Source of the DNA: Octopus vulgaris
Lineage: Eukaryota
NCBI GenBank assembly: GCA_951406725.2
Contig: OX597819.1
Coordinates: 128,278,001-128,342,000, forward strand
Length of the DNA: 64,000 nucleotides
Direction of reading: 5' to 3'
The position numbers and the translations under genes are program-made. The notes below the pieces were generated by a model, which saw nothing but the letters and a program-made list of their open reading frames with translations, was not told where the DNA came from and searched no databases. Below are positions 27,662 through 39,300 of this stretch, one piece after another. Position 1 is the first letter of the stretch; every line of letters begins with the position of its first letter.

Positions 27662-27730
27662 TTATATATATACATATATACATATATTTCTTTTTCTCTC
27701 CTTGTTTCTCTCCTTGTTTTTTCTGTGTCC

Positions 27731-27766
27731 CTTTCTGTAGAAGAGCGTAGGCTCGAAACGTAAAAG
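27731..27766 (+). ncRNA. Minimal hammerhead-like motif (CUGUAGA core) in PLE pLTR 27688-27862
   Basis: cttt-CTGTAGA-a-gagc gtag gctc-GAAA-cg-TA-aaag. Confidence 0.55.
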
Positions 27767-27881
27767 ACTTTTTCTATTCCTGAGCGTTATACTAATACAT
27801 CTGTTTGTTTTGTACACCACCTGTCTTCGTCTTTTGTTTGTTTTTTTTCGTAAACTTTCCCTATATATATACATACATACA

Positions 27882-27965
<84 letters not shown>

Positions 27966-28057
27966 TATTTGTGTATGAGGTTATGTCTTATGTCTGTCCC
28001 CCAACCGCTTCTCGACCAGTGTGTTGATTTCTTTGTCGCCATAGCCTAGCGGTTCAG

Positions 28058-28101
<44 letters not shown>

Positions 28102-28413
28102 AGAATAAGTACCATACTTTAAAAAAATAAGTACTGGGGTCGAATTGTTCTTCGAGGTTAGCCTTCAAGATGGTGCCCAAATATGGCCACGGCCCAAGGA
28201 CCGAAACAAATAAAAGAATAAAAGAATAGTTAAATAAGGATTACAATATGCAATATATTATTTCGTATGACAGCAGAGTTTTATTTGAGAAATATTTGGC
28301 TGTTAATGCCAGCGGGGTCACTAACCACGTTGAGTGGTTGTTGTCAGCCTTGAAGGAGCAGACCTGTGATGAAAACACATACCTGTTCAGTGGTATCTAG
28401 ATTTATATTATAT

Positions 28414-28617
28414 ATTTCTTTACTACCCACAAGAGGCCAAACATAGAGGGGACAAACAAGGACAGACAAACGGATTAAGTTGATTACATCGACCCCAGTG
28501 CATAACTGGTACATAATTTATCGACCCCGAAAGGATGAAAGGCAAAGTCGACCTCGGCGGAATTTGAACTCAGAACGTAACGGCAGACGAAATACCGCAA
28601 AGCATTTCGCCCGGCGT
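28414..28617 (-). mobile_element. SINE family B, 5'-truncated, with TSD
   Basis: Flanked by ctagattt(t)atattata direct repeats. Confidence 0.85.
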
Positions 28618-28679
28618 GACCTAGATTTATATTATATAATACGATTATTCCATTTTTGTGAAGCATCTTTTATTTTTTA

Positions 28680-29085
28680 TCTGTTACTTGTTTCGATCAT
28701 TGGACTACGGCCATGCTGGAGGAGAGTGAAGGGTTTAGTCGAACGAATCGTTTCCAGTAATTATTTTTTATACTCGTTCTTTATTCAACACTTTTTCTAT
28801 GCTGAAGCGCTAAACTACGGATACATAGACAAGCCAACACCAGTTACTAAGCGGTGGTGGGGAGGGGGACAAACACAAGGACACATGCACACGTATGTGT
28901 CTGTCTCTGTGAGTGTGTGTCGGTGTGTGCGAGTGTGTATGTATCTGTGTCTGTGTGTACACGACAGGCTTCTTTCAGTTTCCGTCCACCAAATCTACTT
29001 ACAAAGCTTTGGTCGGCCCGGAGCTATAGTAAGACACTTGACCGAGGTGCCACGCAATGGGAATGATTACGAAATCATATGGGGG
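28680..29085 (-). mobile_element. SINE family A (diverged)
   Basis: ggcttctttcagtttccgtc...aggtgccacgca. Confidence 0.75.
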
Positions 29086-29234
29086 AGTTATTTTAGGAAG
29101 ATTTTGCCACTAGGCCTAACTCGTTCAGTGACCATCATATATATATTGAGAAATAGACAGACAGACAGATAGATAGGTAGATACATACATACATACATAC
29201 ATACATACATACATACATACATACATACATCACA

Positions 29235-29268
<34 letters not shown>

Positions 29269-29356
29269 CATACAGTCACATACATACATACATACATACA
29301 TACATACATACATACATACATACATACATACATACATACATACATACTTACATAGT

Positions 29357-29676
29357 GGCTGCCCCCTCGTTATCGAGTATGGCCATTGCATGAATCTTAC
29401 TCCCAATGGTTTAACCGCGCGATCTGGTGTTCAGTCCGACTATTTCTATGTCCCCGCGCATGATACAGCCTTAAGACATTTATTGGATGGCCGTTAACTC
29501 TCAAGAGTTCCTCCGCCCTTTGACGGGTTTTGTTTTTCATCCTGCAGGGTGTCCAATAAACACCCTCCTCACCAAGCAAGCTTGGTGGGGGTTGCCGGTT
29601 TAGTCGCCGACGACCCGACCATGCAACAGGTTGTACTGCGTTACATGTTACTAGTAGCACTCGAAAGTGACCTGAC
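29357..29676 (-). mobile_element. Probable RTE-related non-autonomous retroelement
   Basis: GC-richer island inside (CATA)n with motif ccggtttagtcgccg, which I recall from RTE-clade UTRs; no ORF. Confidence 0.35.
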
Positions 29677-29701
29677 ATAACATACATACATACATACATA
29701 T

Positions 29702-29761
<60 letters not shown>

Positions 29762-29799
29762 GCGTGTGCGTGTATGTGTACATACATTCATACATCACT

Positions 29800-30221
29800 T
29801 CTATCTCCTTCACTTTTTGTTGATGATATGTATAACGATTTGCTTGTTTGCACGCAACGAGCATCATCACATGACTGATGGTCTTCCGTAAATCAACCAT
29901 CTTTTCTCAATGTCTTCAAAATCCATAATAGCACTTTCTTCGTTGTTTCGATCTTGTTCAGTTTTCGAATGTCGTTCATATACTTCTTTGCTGTTAGTAG
30001 ACAGGGCATACAGACAGGCATTAATCTGCCTGAATGTGGGTTCATTACATTGCTGTAAATATTCCTCTCCAATTTCGTTAACAACTCTCAATGCCGTATC
30101 TGGTGGTTTTTTTATTTACTTTGGTAGAGAATACTCTCTCCCTGAGAGAGTACTTCAAAGTCAAATTTATTTTTTCCCGAAATATTTCAGTAAGGGCACA
30201 TTTCACCAAATTATTATCTTA

Positions 30222-30274
<53 letters not shown>

Positions 30275-30470
30275 TACTACTACTACTATCACCTTTACTA
30301 CTACTACTACGACTACTACTATAACTACAACTACTACTACTATTATCACCTTTACTACTACTATGACTACAACTACGACTACTACTACTACTACTACTAC
30401 TAATACTACTACTATTACTACTAATACTACTACTACTACTACGACGACGACTACTACTATTACTACTACT

Positions 30471-30550
<80 letters not shown>

Positions 30551-31015
30551 GACTACTACTACAACTACTACAAGTACTACTACTACTACCACTACCACTA
30601 CTACTACTATCACCTTTACTACTACTACTACTACTACTACTACTACAATAATTGTTGTGGTTGTGCCTGCAATTTACCATAGTCGTAGTGGGGGGACAGT
30701 GATCGTTTACTTTAGCTAGTAATGCAGTTTGACTTGGCAGGCAGTATAGAACCTTTTGGGATGTCGCTAACTGCGAAACCCTGTGATGTTCTCACGCGGT
30801 TCATGTTTTCGTTGTCGTTAATAGTGTTAGGGAGAAGGTTAATTTCAGATCTATTTTTTTAATAAAGTTACATTCACTAACTTTCTTCCTATGTTCCACA
30901 AATGTTGCTTGTTGCTGTAATTATTTTGCTGCAAAATGATTCAGTTCTGGATGCAGATCGTCCCAATATGATCTCAGTCGATTCATATCTCCTTTTTTAT
31001 AAATGTTAAATAAAT
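29800..31015 (-). mobile_element. R4/Dong-like LINE N-terminal relic split by an (ACT)n expansion
   Basis: KKGDMNRLRSYWDDLHPELNHFAAK*LQQA and YSLPK...VVNEIGEEYL...FRQINACLYA resemble the N-terminus of R4-clade ORFs (recognition from memory). Confidence 0.5.
30222..30645. repeat. (ACT)n triplet microsatellite
   Basis: Explains the poly-T/V/S ORFs. Confidence 0.95.
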
Positions 31016-31204
31016 CAGTATTCAATTTATGATTTTGCCTTTCATATTTTCGGGGTCGATAGATTAAGTACCAGTCAAGTACGAGGTCGATGCGATCGAC
31101 GATCCCCCTTTCCACAAATTCCAGGCCTTCTGTCGATAGTAGAAAGGATTACTGTTATTATAAGTACGCTCAAACCTACCTGTAAATAACCAACAAAGAC
31201 TACA

Positions 31205-31432
<228 letters not shown>

Positions 31433-31937
31433 CTTCCAATCAGGACTCACGCCATTAGCCACAAAGAATAATCTCTAATTCGAGCCTACTCTAAGCTACT
31501 AAGAATGCATGTGGCAACTTGAAGATCCACCCACCACACGCGATAGACTGGCGGTTGAACGGGTACGAATGGTACGTTGTTATCCTCATTCCGTAAACGG
31601 TGGCTTTTAACGGGTGGAGAGCTGAACGATCCTGGGGTACAGAGGATTCGCAATCTAGACTAGGGTCTGAAAGTTTACCACACCATAGTGTGTTACACAG
31701 TAGTTCCTCTGTTTTGTGGTAGAAGTAAGAAGAAAAGAGTGAGAGAAAGTTGTGGGGAAAGAGTAAGGCGGGGTCCACACACCGCCACCGCCGGAGCCTC
31801 GTGGAGGTTCGGTGTTTTTACTCAATAAACACTCAAAATGCCCGGTCTGGGAATCGAAACCGCGTTCTTACGACCACTGGGCCATTGCACCTCCGCTGCT
31901 GCTACTACTGCTGCTATTGCTGTTACTCTTGCTGTTG

Positions 31938-32301
31938 AGCGAACGGTCTTCGTCCCGGAGCTTGCAAGAAGAAGTCCGAAACGTGGTCCTTTGCTATTCG
32001 TAAGACCCGCAGAAGAGAAAGCAGGTCAACCCCCGACACCGAGAGCATCGACGGATGGATGAATGCGCATCCAGGCTCAGCGTTTGCGTAGGAAGTCGGG
32101 GACAAGAAACAGGAAGAAAGAGTGAGAGAAAGTTGGAGCGAAAGAGTACAACAGGGGTCGCCACCCACCTCCTGCCGGAGCCTCGTGGAGTTTTAGGTGT
32201 TTTCGCTCACTAAACACACACAACGCCCGGTCTGGGAATCGAAACCGCGATCCTCCGACCGCGAGTCCGCTGCTCTAACCACTGGGCCATTGCGCTTCCA
32301 C
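31938..32301 (-). mobile_element. SINE family C
   Basis: Reverse complement of 23746-24115; a second head lies at 31720-31895. Confidence 0.85.
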
Positions 32302-32630
32302 TTGCTGTTCCTGCTGCGACTACTATTACTATTACTATTTCATACGTAGACACAAGGCCATGAATTCAGTGAGACGAAATACTTTACGAGTTAACTTATA
32401 CTTTTTTCCTTAACCCTGGGAATATCGGTTTCAAGGCCAGTAAGTTGGGTGCGGAGCAGGACGATTACGTAACCCCACCCGTGTTCAACTGGATCGTATT
32501 ATATCGACCCCGAAAGAATGAATGGCAAAGTCGACCGCCAAAACGTAAAGACATGCGATTTTGCCCGTTTCTCCACTGTTGATAATCGTACTAAAACCAC
32601 TGTTGATAATACTTGCACAACAACTTGATA

Positions 32631-33016
32631 TCTCTCTATATATAAACGGCAGTTTGTCTCTGTGTGTTTCTGTGTGTCTGTTTGCTTGTACCCTCACTCT
32701 GACCACGGCTTTCAACCGATTCTGATGAAACTTGACACACACATAGCCCAATGTCATAATTCAAAACTAACGCAGCGAAAATTTTGAAAAGTTCCCCCGG
32801 TTCTGAAAAAGATCGATAAATTCGACATGGGGTCGACAGTCAGAAACACAAACCACAGATGGTCTAGGGGACGCAACTCGACCTTTTTAACTATCAAAAA
32901 AAAATTTACCATCATTTTTTTCCCCATTTTTTTGCTATTTTTTGGCTATAACTCTCTAAAAATGCTTTATAGTTATTTCCCTTACAAACCCAAGCAACGC
33001 CGGGCGATACTGCTAG
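32631..33016 (+). mobile_element. Non-autonomous Helitron
   Basis: A|TCTCTCTATATATAAACGGCAG ... cccaagcaacgccgggcgatactgCTAG|T; subterminal hairpin; no TSD. Confidence 0.8.
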
Positions 33017-33125
33017 TAAGCGATAAAGGACAAAACTGACCCTGACTTTTACGATTGTAAAGTTCTGTAACTAACGTTTCTACAAATCCATCACCTTATC
33101 AATTCCTAATATTGGTTTCAATATA

Positions 33126-33130
<5 letters not shown>

Positions 33131-33198
<68 letters not shown>

Positions 33199-33455
33199 AG
33201 GCGCAATGGCCCAGTGGTTAGGGCAGCGGACTTGCGGTCGGAGGATCGCGGTTTCGATTCCCAGACCGGCGGGCGTTGTGTGTGTTTATTGAGCGAAAAC
33301 ACCTAAAAGCTCCACGAGGCTCCGACAGGGGTGGAGGGTAACCCCTGTTGTACTCTTTCGGCACAATTTTCTCTCACTCTCTCTTCCTGTTTCTTGAGTA
33401 ACGCTGCGATGGACTGTATTGATCTGAAGGGTAACTCTATACTTTATACAGTACA

Positions 33456-33520
<65 letters not shown>

Positions 33521-33673
33521 TACACACATACATACATACATACATACATACATACATACATACATACATACATACATACATACATGCATACATACATACA
33601 TACATACATACATACATACATACATACATACATACATACAGGTATATACATACAGGTATATACATATATTACT

Positions 33674-33741
<68 letters not shown>

Positions 33742-34183
33742 AGGCGCAATGGCCCAGTGGTTAGGGCGTGCGGACTTGCGGTCGGAGGATCGCGGTTTCG
33801 ATTCCCAGACCGGGCGTTGTGTGTGTTTATTGAGCGAAAACACCTAAAGCTCCACGAGGCTCCGGCAGGGGGTGGTGGCGACCCCTGTTGTACTCTTTCG
33901 GCACAATTTTCTCTCACTCTCTCTTCCTGTTTCTTGAGTAACGCTGCGATGGACTGTATTGATCTGAAGGGTAACTCTATACTTTATACAGTACAATACA
34001 CACACACACACACAAACACACATACATACATACACACACATACACATACACACACACACATACATACATACATACATACATACATACATACATACATACA
34101 TACATGCATACATACATACATACATACATACATACATACATACATACAGGTATATACATACTGGTATATACATATATTACTTC
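33131..34183 (+). repeat. Tandem duplication (~540 bp) of (TG)n + SINE C + (CATA)n
   Basis: 33131-33675 is nearly identical to 33676-34183; SINE heads at 33194 and 33738. Confidence 0.9.
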
Positions 34184-34286
34184 GGATGATCATTTGGGGG
34201 TGGGGCAAATAAACACACGCATTATATATTTTTCTTCACTCGTTTATTACTATTTTATTATTTTATTGTTTAACTCATGTCCATTG

Positions 34287-34328
34287 TCCGGAAATCTTTC
34301 GTCACACATTAGTGACCTCTTCAGCGAA
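34287..34328 (-). ncRNA. Type I hammerhead ribozyme
   Basis: ttcg-CTGAAGA-g-gtcac taatgt gtgac-GAAA-gatt-TC-cgga; canonical core, 5-bp stem II. Confidence 0.7.
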
Positions 34329-34361
34329 TTGATAAACTTATTTGCATATACCTATATATAT

Positions 34362-34535
<174 letters not shown>

Positions 34536-35261
34536 CTACGGGCGTGTATGTAGATAGATAGAAAGACATACATATCAGTGCAGATATATATATACATATA
34601 TATATATGCACTGACGCCAACATAAATACATATAGAGAATGTGTCTGTGTGTACATGTTTGTGTGTGTATATCGATATGCATGCATGGCCTAACCGCTTT
34701 TAGTCACTCCATTATCGCTATGGATGAATATGATCAGGATTTTCAATCGTCACAGTCGCCCTAATACTTATTTCGGTCTAATTCTTCTTTTACCGTTCTC
34801 GATATAAACGATTACCTAACTTACCATATTGACTGAACGTCATCAGACTTTTGTCCAAATTGCAATCTTGAGTCAAACATAGTCATACACGCGTGCGCAG
34901 GAGAATACATGCACGCACACACATGTACAAATGTACACTCACTCGATATAAATCATGAGTACGCTTCTGTGTCTATACGTGTGCGTATAAATGTACTCAT
35001 GCGTGTATACATGTATACAAGCAGTCATACATGTACATGGGTACAAGCGTACATGCAAATATATGAGTGTGCTTATGAATAAGTATACACGTATATGCAA
35101 ATACATATATATATATATATATATATATACAATAATATATATATACAATATATATATACAATAATATGTTACTTTACTCGGTAGTCAAGATAAAACTCTG
35201 AGTTTCAGATGCCGAAGTGGAAATCCCCAACACCATCTCTTCGGTTATCTGGCTATTTAAA

Positions 35262-35624
35262 GACACCGTTTCGACGACGAAATACGTGGGCCTTACAGAG
35301 GGTAATTTCAAGGCCAGGTTCAATAACCACACTTTGAGCTTTAGGCACTGGAACAAAAGAAAAGCGACACAATTATCTAATCATATTTGGTCTTTAAGAG
35401 ATAAAGGTGTTGATTATAACATACAATGGAAGATTTTGGCCAGATGTAAGCCCTATACCAACGGCAGCGGAAGGTGCGGTCTATGCGACATGGAGAGATG
35501 GCTTATCTGGAAAAGCAGCTTAGACCCTACTACATGTCTAAATACAAGGACAGAACTTTTCGGATCATGGCCACATGTGACTAAATTTCTGTTACGTTTT
35601 TGGTCCCCTAAAGAAAACAGATAG
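35262..35624 (+). pseudogene. GIY-YIG endonuclease C-terminal fragment (PLE)
   Basis: YVGLTEGNFKARFNNHTLSF, TQLSNHIWSL, IQWKIL, CGLC..E, LNTRTEL, PHVTKFLL. Open frame but the first GIY motif is missing; the predicted start at 35217 lies inside the inverted pLTR. Confidence 0.85.
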
Positions 35625-35816
35625 AACATGCTTTCTATGTTATGTCCCAAGAATATTTTATATATTTTTATATATTTTTATATATTTTTTATGTATTTTT
35701 ATATAATTTTTATGACGAAAAATGCGAGCGATGTATAAGTACGCAGGCAAGCAGAGTTATAACACAGTAATTTCCCTTTATTTAACGGTATTTTTTCATA
35801 GCGTTTTCAAATAGTC

Positions 35817-35879
35817 AGATAACCGAAGAGATGGTGTTGTGGATTTCCACTTCGGCATCTGAAACTCAGAGTTTTATCT
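35817..35879 (+). ncRNA. Type I hammerhead-like ribozyme (CCGAAGA core); inverted copy at 35188-35250
   Basis: agataa-CCGAAGA-gatg...catc-t-GAAA-ctcagag-TT-ttatct; 6-bp stem I. Confidence 0.65.
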
Positions 35880-35978
35880 TGACTACCGAGTAAAGTAACA
35901 TATTATTGTATAGATAAATTTCCTCTATTTACATAATATTGAGGTCTCTTTCTTTCTTTTGTTATCTTACCGTTTTAT

Positions 35979-36018
<40 letters not shown>

Positions 36019-36062
36019 TATACTATATTAGTATATGTGTGTGTGTATTATATATGTCTATA

Positions 36063-37233
36063 TGTTGGGTAAATTGTCGCCATTGTATATAATTTCGCGC
36101 ATAGCTTATTTTTGATTTTCTGGATTACGCAGTATAATAGGGCCAGTTGGGCACCGTCTGTGAAAAAAAACAGCACCATGACGCAATTCGCTCAGCCAGA
36201 AATTTGGAAACATATTGTGCTGCTTAGTATTCGCGCCGGAAGCTCCTAGTACGAACATTTCAAAGTGTTTGGATGTCAATCTGAGGACAGTTGGATGAGT
36301 CTAATGGTGATTACGAATATACGGCAGCTAGGAAAGCTCACTCTGTTCTGACTCCTCAATTTGTTGGTGAGATCCAGATCATGTTTGACAACGATCCCGC
36401 CAAATCAATCAGGTCCCTCGCCGGGGAGATAGGGTGTGTGAGTTTCTTATCAGGCAGGTAGTGCATGGTGACATTAGGTACTCCTCATACAAGAAGAGAA
36501 TTCTTATCCCTAGTCATCAAAGAGAATAGGAAAGACCGCGCTACGAAACTTTTGAACAAACTCAAGCATCCACTCCAATCGAATATGGTTTGGTTCTTCT
36601 CAGACGGGAAAAGTTTTTGGCAGGATCAGAACAACCGTTGGCGTGCCGTCTCCAAAACATGTACAGAGAGTGATGAAAATCAAAGATCCACTCAACAACA
36701 TGGTGTTGGAGTGATCACTAGTGATGGTGACGTTATGCCTCCATTCATCTTACTACACGGCCTCAGACTCAACACGGAGGCCTACATCAAATGCCTGGAA
36801 GACGTAACGTTGCCCTGAGTCAAGAGAGTGGCTGCTGGAAGACCCTATTTTTAGCAACAGGACTCTGCACCATGCCACATAAGCAGGAGAACCCAGTCAT
36901 GGCTGTCAGACAATTTCTGAGTTCACTTCCCCCAAAATATCTGGCCACCTAACTCCCAAGGTTGCTACCTCCTTGATTATTATGTGTGATGCGCAGTTGA
37001 GCGAGTGACCAACAAAATTCCTTGTAACACCAAAGTTGAACTGAAGGCAGGGATTATGGCAACATTCACCAACGTAAACAAGGAGGCCGTCCAGAAGAAC
37101 TGCAGGAGACCCAAAGTCGTCTGGAGGATGTAAATTTAGTAAACTTATGTAATTTTGGTAAATATATCTGCTCAAATGAGATGTCAGTGCTATCTTCTTT
37201 TTGCGTAATTTAGACAATTTATTCACCGCAACG
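36063..37233 (+). mobile_element. Tc1/mariner-superfamily transposon relic, DD37D (maT)
   Basis: WFFSDGKSF, GVITSDGDVMPPF, QQDSAPCH...[14 protein letters not shown] with 37 residues between the 2nd and 3rd Asp; stops and frameshifts; degenerate TIRs (taaattgtc / gacaattta). Confidence 0.85.
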
Positions 37234-37255
37234 TGTGTGTGTATATATATATATA

Positions 37256-37367
<112 letters not shown>

Positions 37368-37677
37368 CACACATGTATACATATATGTGTGAATATATAT
37401 GTATACATATATTCACACACACATGTATATATGTATATATATAAAGAGAGAGAGAGAGAAATATATATATTCACTCACTTGTTTCAGTCACTGGACTGTG
37501 GCCTTTGTGAGATTTAGTCAAGCAAAGGGACACTGGTATTTAAAAATTAGCCAGGAACTTATTTTATCGGTCTTTTGCCGAAGCGTAAAGTTGTATGTAG
37601 GCTTGTAGCTATGTATGTAAGGATTCTATGTATTAGTATCTGTGTATAATATAAATATATATGTAGGTATTAGTGTG

Positions 37678-37722
<45 letters not shown>

Positions 37723-37905
37723 AAATATATAGTATGCATGTATTAGTATATATCTATATATGTATGTATATATATGTATATATAATTATATGCTAATTTA
37801 TTCGTATATCGTGTACTATACTATATTATATATTTTATGCATGCATGTATGTATGTATATATGTACATATATATATATATATATATACATGTATATATAT
37901 ATACA

Positions 37906-37955
<50 letters not shown>

Positions 37956-38536
37956 GTGTATATATGTATATATACATATGTCTATGTGTACAAACAGGTA
38001 TAAATTTTGTTTCACTTTTTATTTTATTCCACGAACAGAAATTTTATTTTCCTTTACATTCTTTTATTCATTATATTAACTTACCTTTATATAATTTGAC
38101 CCAAAATTTATCATTATTACTATTAGTTACTGAATTGAAATATACATATATATATATACATCTCCGGCATACAGAGGACAAAATATTAACACACACACAC
38201 ACATAAAATAAAAGAAATAATTTTCATACACCCGCATAGTAAACATGTTTATATATATTCTGAAAATATTCTAACATAATCCTTATTGCCCTCTGAAAAC
38301 CCTTACGATTTTCCTCATAAGGTATCCAAAATGCAAAACTTATTTTTTTTACATATGTTTTGTAACTTTAGTCTTATTAGACAAATGAAACAATTGTTGT
38401 TTAATATGTTGATTACTTAATAAATTAATTTGTATTCATTAGATCTCTCTTCTAACTCAATAAATATATATGTATATATATTTATATACATATATACAGT
38501 CATATATATTTATGTATATATATGCATATATACATA

Positions 38537-38598
<62 letters not shown>

Positions 38599-38991
38599 TA
38601 CATATATTTATATATATGCATATATATATATGTATATATATAGATATACGTATATATATTTATATATATGTTTGTATATATATATATATGTGTGTGTGTG
38701 TGTATATATATATATGTATGTATATATGTATATATATATATATGTATGTATGTATGTATGTATACTGTTACATATAAAAGTGATTATTAACATGTGTATT
38801 TTTTTACAATCTACACAAGCAGTAGTGTGTGTAAATATATATATATGTATGTGTGTGTGTATGTATCTATGTATGGATGTATGTTTGTATATATATATAT
38901 ATATATAGTCATTGATTGATTGATATTTATGCTAGTATGTTTGTGTGTATATATATATATGTGTGTGCATATAAGTATTAAAATTTCTATT

Positions 38992-39054
<63 letters not shown>

Positions 39055-39056
39055 GT

Positions 39057-39300
39057 ATAATGTAAAGTATAGAAGCCATCTTATCATGGCTAACCACACT
39101 GGGGAGGGGGTTGTTACTGTAGGTTTATAGCCCCAAGAGATCTTCGTCTCTAGCTGGCTCTAAACACAATACCTGTGTCTTTGGAGTGTTTGCAAAGGGA
39201 GGCCATCCCTTCCTCGCAAGCCTGAGTGATACGCTCGAACTAGTTTCGGGATGTTTGTCCCTTCGTCAACGGGCGGGAACCACCAGGTAAAGCGATGAAA
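39057..39300 (-). mobile_element. Hammerhead-bearing ~360-bp monomer, part 1 (continues at 42668)
   Basis: Near-identical to 42785-43027; hammerhead motif at 39233-39274 on minus strand. Confidence 0.8.

Larger units (their letters stand above)
35155..35982 (+). mobile_element. 5'-truncated, 5'-inverted Naiad-type PLE
   Basis: Inverted pLTRs 35155-35261 / 35806-35912 enclose the endonuclease ORF; tail 35913-35982; (TA)n on both sides. Confidence 0.88.

Noticed and set aside
35560-35810. Selenocysteine/SECIS signal, known from some Naiad elements
   Set aside because: No in-frame TGA at Cys positions in the relics; the expected Cys of CxH is TGG here. The ATGA at ~35712 lies in a hairpin without the 3' GA of a SECIS core.
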